A DNA stretch of 63,825 nt, filler included, from Octopus bimaculoides (GCF_001194135.2; 8 parts of 7 records of this genome joined end to end with filler, not necessarily neighbours in it), one strand, 5' to 3'. Shown: positions 1-12,323, counted from the first letter of the whole stretch. The notes: generated by a model not told the origin, from the sequence alone. Made by a program: numbers and translations.

Positions 1-1159
1 TAAAGGTTAACAGCTGTTATGAAGTTTCGGCTGTGTAACCTCCATCGGAGTATATGATAACAATCCACGAAACCTCGAAGTTACTGTCAATCTTTTCCTT
101 GTAGAAATAGAATAAATATCCTACTCTATTGAAAAGTATCGACTAATCATTCAGTGAAATGTTTGACTATTTTTTATATATAACAAGAGTATTATTATAG
201 TAGATTATCTCGGTATCCATAGGAGCTATGAAAAAATATGACATCACCCCTTCCTTCCTTATTCATCTATCACCCCTTCCTTTCTCATTCATAAACACAT
301 GAGTATTATTATAGTAGATTATATCGGTAACCATGGGAGCTATGAAAAAATACATAGCCCAGCATCACCACCAGATCATTCTACACATCTGTGTAATTTT
401 TCGCATAATTCCACCCAGCCGTTTGACCGTGAATCCCAAGACAAGAAAGAATCACCCATGTCAAATTTATATGTATAGATTATGCGTTAAAACAAATATC
501 AATGTATTTTTTTTACTGTTTACATATAGGACAAATGTTTCGATCGAGTTAACGACTGATATGATATCCGTCACTGAGGAGGCATAAATATACTGAAACA
601 CAAGTATGGTAGTCTGTATACATCATTCGGAGTTCAGCTTGATGAGTTTTTACAAAGTCCGTAAGGAGAAAAATTTATCTCCGAGATAAGAGTCCCTCAC
701 AGAGCGTTTCGGTGTACAGAAGCGTTTTAACCTTTAAACGGTGGCAAAGAGTTGCATGAATGTTTGTCAAACGGGCAATAAAAAAAAATTTTATATTTAT
801 TTTCACTTTAAATAAGTACTAAATTTATAATAATTGTTAGTCTCTCGCACAATAAAATTTACAATCTCATTATCGAAACTACCGTAAAATATTCACTTTC
901 CTTTGATGATGGCCGTATCCAAGTAACACTTTTGAAACATCAGCTGATGATGTTCGCTGTTTAAGGATTGATTTGAATAACACATCATTATTTTGATAGT
1001 TTCTGCTTTGAGTGTCTGTCTGTCTCTATGTATGTATGTATGTATGTATGCTTGATAAGATGTAATTACATATTGTCAGAAATGTTTTTCGGCACTAGAC
1101 CATATCTGACTTACAGTTAAAATTTGTTACAGTTAATAATGTTACAGTTAATAATAATT

Positions 1160-1300
1160 TACATGCACAATGCCAGAGATTTGTGGTGGAGTAACTCGAT
1201 TAATCGACTTAAATATTTGTTTCGTACTTAATTTTATCGACACCAAGAGGATTAAAAACCAAGCTGACCATAGCAAGGTTTGAACTGAAAATGAAAAATC
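1160..1300 (-). mobile_element. Degenerate SINE family B 3' half
   Basis: Reverse complement reads TTCAGTTCAAACCTTGCTATGGTCAGCTTGGTTTTTAATCCTCTTGGTGTCGATAAAATTAAGTACG, matching the family-B body at 2635-2700 and 8300-8365. Confidence 0.65.
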
Positions 1301-2989
1301 CGGAATAAATAAGCATAGACGAAGAAGAATCCCAATAATGCATAGGAAGAGCTCTACAGTACTTTGCGAATGAACACATGCTGTGTGCCTCAGAGATACA
1401 AGTTGATAATAATGAGCGATTTTCAATGCTGGCGTAGTATGAAGATGTATATCTTAAAAGAACTGCTCCTTATTTACGCTCCAAAAGAACTTTATTATTA
1501 CCAACACCATTTTCAAATAGAATAACTGAAGATGCCTTTGATGCAAACCCACTCGATGTATTGGCATCTTCTTGCCTACATCACAACTAATTAGCTGGGT
1601 AGAAGTGATGTACTAATCGTTTCGGAGTTGAGAGAGGAAACTACTCTAGCAAAGACCACGGAGTGTTTTTATTGAAGATAACTTTCTCATTAGTTTTCAA
1701 ATGAAACACTATCAAATTTCCCAAACACATTAAAACGGAACAGGAACGTTGGCGGATAGAAATATACAGATCAATCTGGAAAGAGAAATGGATGAGACTC
1801 CAGAATCGTGGGAACCAAATTGGAAACCAGGCAGTTTGAATGCAAGAGGATCCTCGTTTTGTACTATAGTGTATGACACAGCTAAAGCGATAAGGAGAGA
1901 CCAAGACTGGTTTGCTTACCAGGATATCGCTGTTGTTTTACTATTAGAACCACGTAACCAAGCTTCCAGCATTCAGTTCTGCAACTGAATATCCGCAGAA
2001 TGATATTATACTAGTGAGGCAAACAATACAATTGAGCTGCAAATGGCTGCCGATTTCAATGACATGTACAAATTTCTATGCTAGACTGAACGACGTATAC
2101 CAACCACAGAAAATGGGTGCTGCTAAGCTGAGATTAGCTGATGGATGAATAATGTTCTAGGTGAAAGGGCAAATACTTAATCGCTTTACGGGGCATTTCT
2201 AGCAAATGTTCATTGTACCAAGACGGGTCAAGTGGGAAACTTTGGAAAATTCAACGTATCACGCTTCTGTTGTATCAATGACTGATCAGCCAAGTACAGG
2301 GGATGTGTTGGTCGCAACAGTAGTGCTTGCAGTAGTTGAGTTAATGGTTGTAGTGGCTGTAATAATAGTTGTAGTGATTGAAGCAGTGGCGGTAGCGGTT
2401 ATGATGTTTGTAGTGGTTGAAACGGTCGAGTTAGTATTATTAAGAATTGTATGAAAAACTACTAAAATATGTTGTGCATTGTAGAAGTATAACCAGTTCA
2501 TTGCACATAAATTTAAACAACAACAGTTGTATTGGTTAAGTTAGTATTATTAAGAATAGTAAAGGTGGTGAGCTCGCAGAATCGTTAGCACGCCGGGCAA
2601 AATGCTTAGCGGCGTTTCGTTCGTCCTTACGTTCTGAGTTTAAATTCCGTCGAGGTAGACTTTGCCTTTCATCCTTTCGGGGTCGATGAAATACGTACCG
2701 GTGGAGCACTGGGGTCGATGTAATCGACTAGCTCCATCCCCCAAATTTGTGCCGATAGCAGAAAGTATTATTAAGAATTATATAAAAAAAAATGTAATAT
2801 TTTGTGTATTAGAAGTATAACCAGTTGATTGCACACAGACAACAACAGTCGTAATGGTCAAGTTAGAGAATGTAGGACTTGTAGTGCTTGTTGTAGTAGG
2901 TGAGTTTGTAGTTGCACTGGTTGTAGTAGTTTTAACGATTCCAGTGATTGTTGTAGTTATTGTCGCAGTAAGGATTATAGTGTTCCTGT
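1300..2989 (-). pseudogene. Decayed mucin-like (Thr-rich) stalk + ZP-domain protein exon
   Basis: One minus frame, shared by ORFs 2286..2501 and 1641..1904, runs with internal stops from a Thr-rich tract through LT(R)LGTMNI, LSLAAPIFCG, IISFCGYS, YRFSCVIHY (ZP-N Cys pattern, first Cys read as CGT), then HFSFQIDLY, LGNLIVFHL, VILFENG, SFKIYIF (ZP-C-like strands). After a frameshift it reads TCISEAHSMCSFAKYC plus a hydrophobic tail. Acceptor tttatatag|AC lies at 2990. Confidence 0.55.
2558..2763 (+). mobile_element. tRNA-derived SINE family B, near full length, with 15-bp TSD
   Basis: AAAGGTGGTGAGCTCGCAGAATCGTTAGC...GAGTTTAAATTCC (A/B-box-like). AGTATTATTAAGAAT flanks it at 2543-2557 and 2764-2778. 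Confidence 0.9.
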
Positions 2990-3544
2990 CTATATAAATC
3001 CCGAGAAATCCTTGTAGTCGATTAAGTTTTTCGGTGATGGTCTGTATTCCTCTTCTTTATTCAATCATTGATTAACCTTTCTCTATTACAATCAGAACAT
3101 TTCCACTGATATTCTTCCCAAACCAAAGATGACCTCGGAGTAAAGCCAGCACCTTGCATTAAAATACAACTCGCTGCGGAATAGAGATAATTTTAATTTA
3201 ATTTTGCATTAGAAGAACGAATCACATGAAAATCAAACTAAAAATATATTATTTGAACAAAAAATTAAAAATATAAATAAAAATAAAGCTTGGTTGGATT
3301 TCTGTGGTTGTCATTTATCAAAGGGTTCACTGATTTCGAGGGTTTGATAATTTCTAAAAAGGGAGCCATTTAAAAGATTTTTTTAAATCTAATTATGAAC
3401 CAACATGACATCAGATCAAGCTGATTTGTCTTTGATTAAAAATATAATTATTTCCTATCAACATTCCATCATTTCACCCCCCCCCGCCATCTCCTCTCTT
3501 ATCATTTCACTTTCTGCTTTTTTTTAGGCAAGCGTCATCGTCGT

Positions 3545-3730
3545 TGTCGCTGTTGTTTAGCTTCAGGTCAACCCCTAACAGAGCAGACCTAGGATCAAAG
3601 GCTTTTCAAACATGACCATCCCATTTTTTTCTCTCAGCCATTATAAATTTAAGAGTACATGGTTTAATGTATCCTTCTCTTTCCAAAAGTGTGATTTGCG
3701 AAAGATTTGGCTGCAGTTCATGGTAAGTCA
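3545..3730 (-). mobile_element. Short repeat family E copy
   Basis: Contains GTGATTTGCGAAAGATTTGGCTGCAGTT, the reverse complement of the AAATAGCAGCCAAATC(T/G)CCCTCAAATCA core seen at 32750, 32910 and 57850. Confidence 0.6.
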
Positions 3731-3740
3731 AGCAAACACA

Positions 3741-3960
3741 CACGTGGAGCAGCTGAAAAGTTCCTGGCTTTAGGTCAAAGAAAATACGGAAGGATCAGTT
3801 AATTATGATTTTATTCAACGTATTCCCCTCTCAGATTCACACACTTGCTGCAGCAATCCTTCAGTTTTCTAAGCCCTGTAAAAGAACTCGGAAGGTTGGG
3901 CCTCCAGCCAGGCCTATCGCGACACCCTTAAAGCCAGGAACTTTTCAGCAAACCCTCGTA
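3741..3960. mobile_element. Mariner-type MITE
   Basis: ~33-bp TIRs: CACGTGGAGCAGCTGAAAAGTTCCTGGCTTTAG and TTAAAGCCAGGAACTTTTCAGCAAACCCTCGTA. The right end is the reverse complement of TACGAGGG, a mariner-type terminus. Confidence 0.8.
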
Positions 3961-4329
3961 GAGAGAATATTAAATATTATGGGAATTAGTGGCATATGTA
4001 TAGTGAAATGACTGAAAATCGGGATTGAAACCCTCCTCTCGCAATCTCGGCTCGTTTGGAATTTACACACGTAGACATATTAGTAGTATACTGCGCAGTA
4101 TTTGTTTCAGCTTTTACGTTCTGAGTTCAATGCCCGTCGAGGGCTAACGTTGCTTATAGTAGAAAGAATTATTAATGAAGGAGACTGCTACCCATCATAT
4201 GAGAGGTAACTTTGGAAGTATACATTTGTTGCCATGGATAGTATCAGGAAATACGGCACACATGCATGTATTTACTTCGTATCCATTGACAAAGGTGCAA
4301 AAGCAACGAAAATTTTTGAAGAAAAGATA

Positions 4330-4413
4330 TAAATAATAAATGAGTGGAAATCGAACCGGTGAGTGTGTTAGATAATAAGACATTAAGACAATATGATTCT
4401 CCCCAGACACAAC
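4330..4413. mobile_element. Solo right TIR of the MITE family at 22617-22839
   Basis: ACCGGTGAGTGTGTTAGATAATAAGACATTAAGACAATATGATTCTCCCCAGACACAAC resembles 22778-22839. Confidence 0.7.
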
Positions 4414-5364
4414 ATACATTAATTTAATTTAACTGCTATCAAATTTCTTGGTGCTTCTGCAAAATCATGAAATGAATACTAATTGTGATGAGAAAAATAT
4501 TTATTACTTTAAAATAAAAAAAATTTAATCAAACAAATCTCTTATTTGTATTTTTGCAATAAATATATTGTCATTATTTTTCTAAATTTTATCAATATGA
4601 TCATTATCTGGTCTACCGAAAACCAATCTCAGTAAAATTTGAAATCCTCCGAAAACTATTCTATCACTTGCTCTGTCTATGATTCTTTCTTCCTCACTGT
4701 ACATATACGTGTGTGTGTAGTATTCCTTTACTCGTTGCCTGCCACCAAGCCTAGTATGTGCGCTCATCCTACACCTTTTATGTTAACTCGTTCTGTATGT
4801 CTTCTTTACCCTCGCCCCATTTCTTCTATACGACGTAGAGCGTGACTGGCGAAACTAACCGACCGACCGGCCGATTGACCAACATTTACACCGACTATTC
4901 ATAGAGATTACCAACGAGCGGAAATTTCGAATGAAAACCAGCGACCAGCATCACCACATCCACAGCAACAATCATGACCAGCCCCCTCATGGCCATCACA
5001 ACAACAGAAACAATAATCACAAATACACCATCCCTTCATCATAATAGTAATCACGCATGCAACCATTACTACCACCACCACTGCCATAGCTAAAATCTCC
5101 CCCTCCGGCTCCTCCTCCTCCTCCTCCTCCNNNNNNNNNNNNNNNNNNNNNNNNNNNNNNNNNNNNNNNNNNNNTTAATTAATTAANNNNNNNNNNNNNN
5201 NNNNNNNNNNNNNNNNNNNNNNNNNNNNNNTTTTTTTTTTTTTTTTTTTTTTTTGCATATTCGTAATCTCCGATATCTAAAATGTAGGAATCCGAAAAAA
5301 TGCATTTTTCAAGGAGAGATGTGAAACTGCATTAGCCCCTATTTTTCTTTACTTAGTTGTTTGT

Positions 5365-6200
5365 ATGTATGTGTACATATCATCAACATTTAATGTTTTC
5401 CATGCTGGCATGGGTTGGATGGTTTCACAGGAGCTGGCAGCTGAAGAGTTGCACCAGGCTCCAATTGTCTGTTCTGGGATGGTTTCCATGGCCGGGTGCT
5501 TTTTATGTAGAACCAACATCAATGCTTTCATGTGGTGCCAGCATGGGCTGCATCTAACATGGCACTGGCATGAGTGCTTTTATTGTGGTGCCAGCATGGG
5601 CTGCAAAAGACCTGCCTGTATGCATGGATGGCCACAATTTTACATAGCTTGGTGTGTCTTCTCAAGCACAACAAATTGCCAGAAGTCTCAGTACCTTGTC
5701 AGGAGATCCTTTCTCACCACCTTGTCCCATGTCTTTCTTGGTCTACCCACTGTCAGGAGATCCTTGGTCTTCCTCATCTACAGGTTCCCTCAGCACTTCT
5801 TCATACAGCTGTCTTCATCCACATGCATCACATGATCAAACCAGCACAGTCTTCTCTCTTGCATGCAACATATGATGTCTCTTCTACCCAATTTTTCTCT
5901 TAAATCATTTACACTGTTGTTGTACATGCACACTGACATTACCCATCCAGTGGAGGATACTGGCTTCATTCCTTTCAGCCCTTTGCAGGTCCTTTGTAGT
6001 CATAGCCTATCTTACACTGCCAGGCAGCATAGCTGTTCATACTCAGGCATCATACAATCTTCCTTTCACTCAGAGAGAGAGAGGCCCTCCGTTACTAATG
6101 AAGGTAGTAACTCTTTGAACATTGCCCAGCCTGTTCTTATTCTAGCAATTACAATTTCAGAATTTCCTTCTCCACTGCTAGCTTCGCTGCCTGGGTAACA
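5365..6200 (-). mobile_element. RTE-clade LINE 3' fragment (RT C-terminus and 3' tail), degenerate
   Basis: Minus strand encodes FKELLPSLVTEGLSL.VKGRLYDA, ERNEASILHWMGNVSV, ICCMQERRLCWFDHVMHVDEDSCMKKC, GRPRKTWDKVVRKDL, then the shared RTE tail. Confidence 0.85.
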
Positions 6201-6540
6201 AGCTGTCTACTGCTTCTAAGGATCCTGCTGAACATTTGAGGAAGTCTATTCTCTGTTCTTAGTGCTTATTTTCTACCTGCATAACCCCCCCCCCCCTGCA
6301 AAGACTGCTTTCTCTGTTAACCTTCCTCTAATACTGCTGCACCTCTTATGTGTCCATACCTTGCACTGAGTACACCATATGGAATTTCTACCAACACCTT
6401 TCTGCTAAATGAAACAGGGCCATTTAGAATAAATACAAGGTAACATTACTACCTGCTTTTATAGCAAGTTGATGCAGGTAGTTTATCCCCTCCCCCTCGA
6501 CTTTTAGTTCATGTAATTTTAGTGCATTATTTATGGGATG

Positions 6541-6579
<39 letters not shown>

Positions 6580-6639
6580 TATGTGTGTGTGTGTGTGTGT
6601 ACATATAAATGAAATATGTACATCATTCATAACACAGTC

Positions 6640-6757
6640 ATCATCATCATCATCATCGTCGTTTAACGTCCGCTTTCCATGCTAGCATGGGTTGGACGAT
6701 TTGACTGAGGACTGGTGAAACCGGATGGCAACACCAGGCTCCAGTCTGATTTGGCAG
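6640..6757 (-). mobile_element. RTE-type 3' tail with (GAT)n end
   Basis: (TCA)n followed by CGTTTAACGTCCGCTTTCCATGCTAGCATGGGTTGG; 98 bp identical to 22986-23083. Confidence 0.85.
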
Positions 6758-8284
6758 TTCATATACACACAAATGTGGAACAGCTCTCGCTGTAAGATTT
6801 AGTCTTGAGGACCAACTTCTTAAAAAACACAAAGCACTCCAAATAGATGTTATCAGGTTGTCAGACACCAGGGTTTTGGCATAATTTTACTACTTCAGTA
6901 AGAAGACGCATTTTGGTCATCTTGAATCAGAACTAGCAATAAACGTTTGTTCCTAAATAAGAATTGGCAAACAAAAACATTTACTGATGAATATGTAAGT
7001 TAGTGAGGCTGAAGTTAAATGAGTAAACACACTTGGAACAGCAAAGTGCAGTTATAATGTGTGTGTGTATTTGGTCTTTAAAGGTCCTTTATCTCTGGGT
7101 ACATGGATTGACACTTGCTTGATTTTTCAAGTTCACAATTCCAATCCACACTTACTCCCTTAGCATTGAGATTGCTCTGCCAAATCCAATGCTTATTTAA
7201 TCAAATTTCTTATAATTAATCTTGAATTATCTCATAGCCTTGAGATTTTAATGATGTGATTCTTTGCTTTTAGAATGACATTGCCTGGTGTGTGTGTGTG
7301 TGTGTGTTAGAGTTGGCTGGTTTGAATGGATGAGCTGAATGTGGCTGGTATAAATGCTTAACCCTTTAGCATTCAGATTATTCTGTCAAATGTAAAGCTT
7401 ATTTATTAACATTGTCTTAAATTAATCCAGCATTATCTTTTGGCTTTGAGATTCTAATGATGTGATTGTTTATTTTTAAAATGATATTGTAGGGTAAGTA
7501 TGAGAAACCAGATGAGGTCAGTTTGAACCTAAAACTGCTGGAATGATTGGGGTTGATATGGCTGGTTAGAATACTAGATGCTGAAAGGGTTAATCTCATC
7601 TTTCTTGCTTTGAATTCCATTTTGTATTTCATGGACGAGTCCCTTTATCACCAACTGAAGTTCTTTGCATATCTTACCATTTCAAACCCAAGATATTTTC
7701 GATTCTGTGCTGAGAATCAGGTTGATTTGTATAAATGTTTTGGTTAGCCACTCCTGAATTGTTTCTGTAAACGAAAACAGTGAAAAAGAGGACATTGAGG
7801 GGATTGACCCAGATGATGAGGAATTTAACGTCTAATTTAATTATTCATACTTTTGATTTCAATGTATTTATTGCATTGTTTGGAAACGAGCTGTTCTTCA
7901 CTTTGGGAGTCTCTGGAAATTAAATACACAAAGCTTGATATATTTATTCTGAAGTTAGAAAATGTAACCATGCTATACATGTACATCTTTTACTGGTGTA
8001 ATATACTAATATGTTCTCTTAAGTCATTATTAAATTTCATATGAAAATAGATTTCATTGGTTGAACTAGCTATAATCTAATACCCTGTAATATCCTCTCG
8101 TATATATGTGTGTGTGTGTGAAAGAGATCTTAATGTATGGGGTGTGGTGATATTGTAGTCTCTTAAGCTGTGTAACTGGAGCTGCTTGCACTTAGTGGCA
8201 GGATCACCGTTGTACCTGCATGTGTGTTAGTGAGGTAATAAGAACTAGTGTCATTGGTTGTAGTAATGTCATGAAACTTCTTGT

Positions 8285-8430
8285 GTCTGTCTTTATGTTC
8301 TGAGTTCAAATTCTGCTGAGGTCAACTTTGCCTTTCATCCTTTCGGGGTTGATAAATTAAGTACCAATTGAACACTGGGGTCAGTCTAAGTGACTGGCCT
8401 CCTCCCCCAAAATTTCGGGCCTTGTGCCTA
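8285..8430 (+). mobile_element. SINE family B, 5'-truncated
   Basis: GTTCTGAGTTCAAATTCTGCTGAGGTCAACTTTGCCTTTCATCCTTTCGGGGTTGATAAATTAAGTACC. Confidence 0.85.
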
Positions 8431-9849
8431 TATATATATATATATATATATNNNNNNNNNNNNNNNNNNNNNNNNNNNNNNNNNNNNNNNNNNNNNNNNN
8501 NNNNNNNNNNNNNNNNNNNNNNNNNNNNNNNNNNNNNNNNNNNNNNNNNNNNNNNNNNNNNNNNNNNNNNNNNNNNNNNNNNNNNNNNNNNNNNNNNNNN
8601 NNNNNNNNNNNNNNNNNNNNNNNNNNNNNNNNNNNNNNNNNNNNNNNNNNNNNNNNNNNNNNNNNNNNNNNNNNNNNNNNNNNNNNNNNNNNNNNNNNNN
8701 NNNNNNNNNNNNNNNNNNNNNNNNNNNNNNNNNNNNNNNNNNNNNNNNNNNNNNNNNNNNNNNNNNNNNNNNNNNNNNNNNNNNNNNNNNNNNNNNNNNN
8801 NNNNNNNNNNNNNNNNNNNNNNNNNNNNNNNNNNNNNNNNNNNNNNNNNNNNNNNNNNNNNNNNNNNNNNNNNNNNNNNNNNNNNNNNNNNNNNNNNNNN
8901 NNNNNNNNNNNNNNNNNNNNNNNNNNNNNNNNNNNNNNNNNNNNNNNNNNNNNNNNNNNNNNNNNNNNNNNNNNNNNNNNNNNNNNNNNNNNNNNNNNNN
9001 NNNNNNNNNNNNNNNNNNNNNNNNNNNNNNNNNNNNNNNNNNNNNNNNNNNNNNNNNNNNNNNNNNNNNNNNNNNNNNNNNNNNNNNNNNNNNNNNNNNN
9101 NNNNNNNNNNNNNNNNNNNNNNNNNNNNNNNNNNNNNNNNNNNNNNNNNNNNNNNNNNNNNNNNNNNNNNNNNNNNNNNNNNNNNNNNNNNNNNNNNNNN
9201 NNNNNNNNNNNNNNNNNNNNNNNNNNNNNNNNNNNNNNNNNNNNNNNNNNNNNNNNNNNNNNNNNNNNNNNNNNNNNNNNNNNNNNNNNNNTATATATAT
9301 ATAATGTATGTATGTGAGTGTGTGTGCAGTGAATTTCATTGAGCCTTTAGTGTCCTGATTACACTGTTAAATGTAATGCGTTTTCAAATTGTTTGAATTA
9401 ATCAGGATTTATTTTATAACTTTGTGGTTGTTTATTTTTAGAATGTTGGTGTAGGTTAGGTTTGAGAGGTTAGATATGGCCAATTTGAAAGTAAAAACGT
9501 GTAGAATATTTGAGTTGGATTTGGCTGGTTTAAATGCAAAAAGGTTGAAGGGTTAATATAAAGAAATGTAGGAAATTGGAATGGTATTGCTTGATATTGA
9601 TTCTGGATATTCTTTTAGTCCTACATTGCATGAAACCACATAAATTATGTCATCTTTGTTTAACATTTGTGTTAAAGGAAGTTCAAAACTCTGTAAAGGG
9701 GCCAACCAATTCCTTCCATCGATCCATGCATTGCAGAATTTTTGCATTTTGTTTTCCTTGGGTTGTTGTTCTCAAAATATTTCTTTGAAAAATTGCTGCT
9801 AATGAATAATTTAATCAGTGAATTAATGACGGATCAAGTTTTGGACATC

Positions 9850-10025
9850 ATCATGATCTAGTGTCTGCTTCCATGTTGGCATGGGTTAAATAGTTTGACT
9901 GGAACTGGTGATCCAGAGAGCTGTACCAGGCTCCAGTCTGGTTTGGTATAGTTTCTATAGCGGATGCCCTTCCTAATGACAACTACTCCAAGAGTGTAAT
10001 CGGTGTCTTTTTGTGTGCCACAGCT
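9850..10025 (-). mobile_element. Degenerate RTE-type 3' tail
   Basis: CTGCTTCCATGTTGGCATGGG...CCAGGCTCCAGTCTGG...GGATGCCCTTCCTAATG matches the tail family. Confidence 0.7.
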
Positions 10026-10099
10026 ATGATTTCACATCTAAAGAAATATATCTATTCCTTTCACAAACACATGATCAGTCTGGCTTCATTTTATGTGAT

Positions 10100-10340
10100 T
10101 TTTCATCAAGTGACTCGAATGAAATATCTGAAGATTGGTCGGACGATGGACCTTCCGCAAATATTGTTAATCCAAGAATACCTTTAGAGCATGATGTCAA
10201 ACCTGTGGAGTATTTTTTTTTTTACTCTTTTTCTCCATTGGGTTTTGATTGTTATGATTGTTTGTGAGGAGCAAAAGGGGACAGTCAACATTGTTCCCAT
10301 GGCTTGATGAAATTCGTGCAAAGCTCGTTAAGGGAGTAAC
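10100..10340 (+). mobile_element. Possible piggyBac transposase relic
   Basis: An acidic stretch, then NPRIPLEHDVKPVEYFFFY (cf. TPLDYFKLFF-type motif) and nearby FPWLDEIRAKL (cf. RPLLDxLR). Weak and fragmentary. Confidence 0.3.
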
Positions 10341-11124
10341 CCAGCTTACCTGTAAACTTTATAATGAATAAACTTCATAAAGATAAGGAGATGAGAGGAT
10401 TCTTTTTGTTTGTGATGTATTTCCATGACTATTACTAATTGCATCCATGACTAACAGTTTTTTTATAGTTATTGTGTAATTAGCAATTGCATATGCACGT
10501 AATTATTTTTACCATAAATGACTTCTTACATTAAAAAAAAAAAAAAAAAAAACTAATTTCTGCAATGCTGCCAATTTCCTCAATGATATCACAGTATAAT
10601 TCCAATATAAATATTTGAATAAACAAACCCATGTTTAGACATTTTCTGCCTAAAACATTACAGTATGCGGCTTCTGACTTGGAAAGTTTTCAGCAGGATG
10701 TTAAAACAAATCCTATCTCCCTCCCTNNNNNNNNNNNNNNNNNNNNNNNNNNNNNNNNNNNNNNNNNNNNNNNNNNNNNNNNNNNNNNNNNNNNNNNNNN
10801 NNNNNNNNNNNNNNNNNNNNNNNNNNNNNNNNNNNNNNNNNNNNNNNNNNNNNNNNNNNNNNNNNNNNNNNNNNNNNNNNNNNNNNNNNNNNNNNNNNNN
10901 NNNNNNNNNNNNNNNNNNNNNNNNNNNNNNNNNNNNNNNNNNNNNNNNNNNNNNNNNNNNNNNNNNNNNNNNNNNNNNNNNNNNNNNNNNNNNNNNNNNN
11001 NNNNNNNNNNNNNNNNCCCTAATATTTACTTTCTATTGCTTGTATCTTTATCTGATTCAAGATGGACTATTCCAAGAAAAGAATTTTATGCTCTCTCAAA
11101 GTTTATAGATTATTATGCCCTTGT

Positions 11125-11277
11125 GAGTGTGTGTGTGTGTGTGTGTATAGGAATGACATCCAGCCATAGAAACCATGCCAAATCAGACTGGAACCTGGTA
11201 CAGCTCTCTGGCTTACCAGTTCCAATCAAACCGTCTAACCCATGCCAGCATGGAAAGGGGACACTAAATCATGATGA

Positions 11278-11280
<3 letters not shown>
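11125..11280 (+). mobile_element. RTE-type 3' tail
   Basis: CAGCCATAGAAACCATGCCAAATCAGACTGG...AACCCATGCCAGCATGGAAAGGGGACACTAAATCATGATGAT. Confidence 0.8.
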
Positions 11281-11319
<39 letters not shown>

Positions 11320-11320
11320 T

Positions 11321-11524
11321 CTTCGACTTGTTTGTCATTTGACTGTGGCCATGCTGAGAACTGCTTTCAGCTGAACAAATCAACCCCAGGACTTAATCTT
11401 TGTAAGCCTAGAACTTATTCTATTGGACTCTTTTGCTGAACCACTAAGTTACGTGGATGTAAACACGAGTTGTCAAGCAATCGTTGGGGAACAAACACAG
11501 ACATATATATACACATACACATAC

Positions 11525-11559
<35 letters not shown>

Positions 11560-11732
11560 CATACACACATACATACATACACGACAGGTTTCTTTCTGTT
11601 TCCGTCTACTAAATCTATTCACAAGGCTTTGGTCGACCCAAACCTATAGTTGAAGACACTTGACCAAGATGCCATGCAGAAGGACTGAACTCGGAACCAT
11701 GTGGTTGGGAAGCAAGCTTCTTACCACACAAC
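11321..11732 (-). mobile_element. tRNA-derived SINE family A with internal microsatellite
   Basis: CTTGTTTGTCATTTGACTGTGGCCATGCTG...(AT/AC)n...ACCATGTGGTTGGGAAGCAAGCTTCTTACCACACA; the head is at the right end. Confidence 0.85.
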
Positions 11733-12212
11733 CTCAGGTTCTTTTTTATGCTTTTGAATTCTTCATAATATACACTTACGTGGTCACTTCAGTTTGTTCC
11801 TGTCTTGACTCAATCTCCTCCTCTCTTGGACTTTGATCTGTTTACTTCTCAGGCTCTTGCTCCCCATCCAAAAACAGTCTACCGCCACATTATTTTGATT
11901 ACCATTGGCACTTTTTACTTCTCATATATTCTACCATCATGGGTTTTACTGGACACCATTGCTGATTTATATCAGACAAAACTGCCATGACTTCTGGAAT
12001 TTTTTGAACCTAACTTTTTGCTCCGTCTTGTTTTCTCTCCTCATTTCTTTCTGTCAAAGAGCATGGGCTTGAAACATCAAAGACTTCCTCAATTTTTCCT
12101 GAGTGTCAAACTAACATTCCTTGTTTGTTGTTTCCTCACTTGTCTGTTTTTTTTTTTTTGTATAATTTTCGACCATAACCATAAAACTTATTGGAATGTG
12201 CTTCTCTTTCAG

Positions 12213-12323
12213 ACTGCCATATTGTTACTGCGTATTGATGACATTGTTTCTGGTGTGAAGAAAGCAGAGAGCAAAGGTGGTGCTAGTAGGCCTCCACCCC
12301 CTGATGCTCAGCCAAATGAATAA
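12213..12323 (+). CDS. CCT3: T-complex protein 1 subunit gamma (chaperonin CCT3), terminal coding exon
   Basis: Acceptor cttctctttcag| in phase 0, then TAILLLRIDDIVSGVKKAESKGGASRPPPPDAQPNE-TAA. LLLRIDDIVSG is the CCT3-type C-terminal motif, and the exon starts at the TAxLLL position as in vertebrate CCT3 (recalled). Confidence 0.88.
   Translation, partial: TAILLLRIDDIVSGVKKAESKGGASRPPPPDAQPNE

Noticed and set aside
5175-5186. TTAATTAATTAA islands inside N runs (also 14185, 29160, 36295, 47512, 55104, 60345)
   Set aside because: An identical six-frame-stop spacer centred in gaps: an assembly marker, not a biological repeat or CRISPR-like array.
7853-8044. SSLWESLEIK as the missing CCT3 penultimate exon (cf. 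GIWEPLAVK)
   Set aside because: The surrounding residues do not match CCT3 and there are no suitable splice sites.
8368-9342. Long ORFs spanning N gaps (also ~10.6, 18.2, 39.6, 40.6, 58.8 and 61.5 kb)
   Set aside because: Their length is an artefact of unknown bases.
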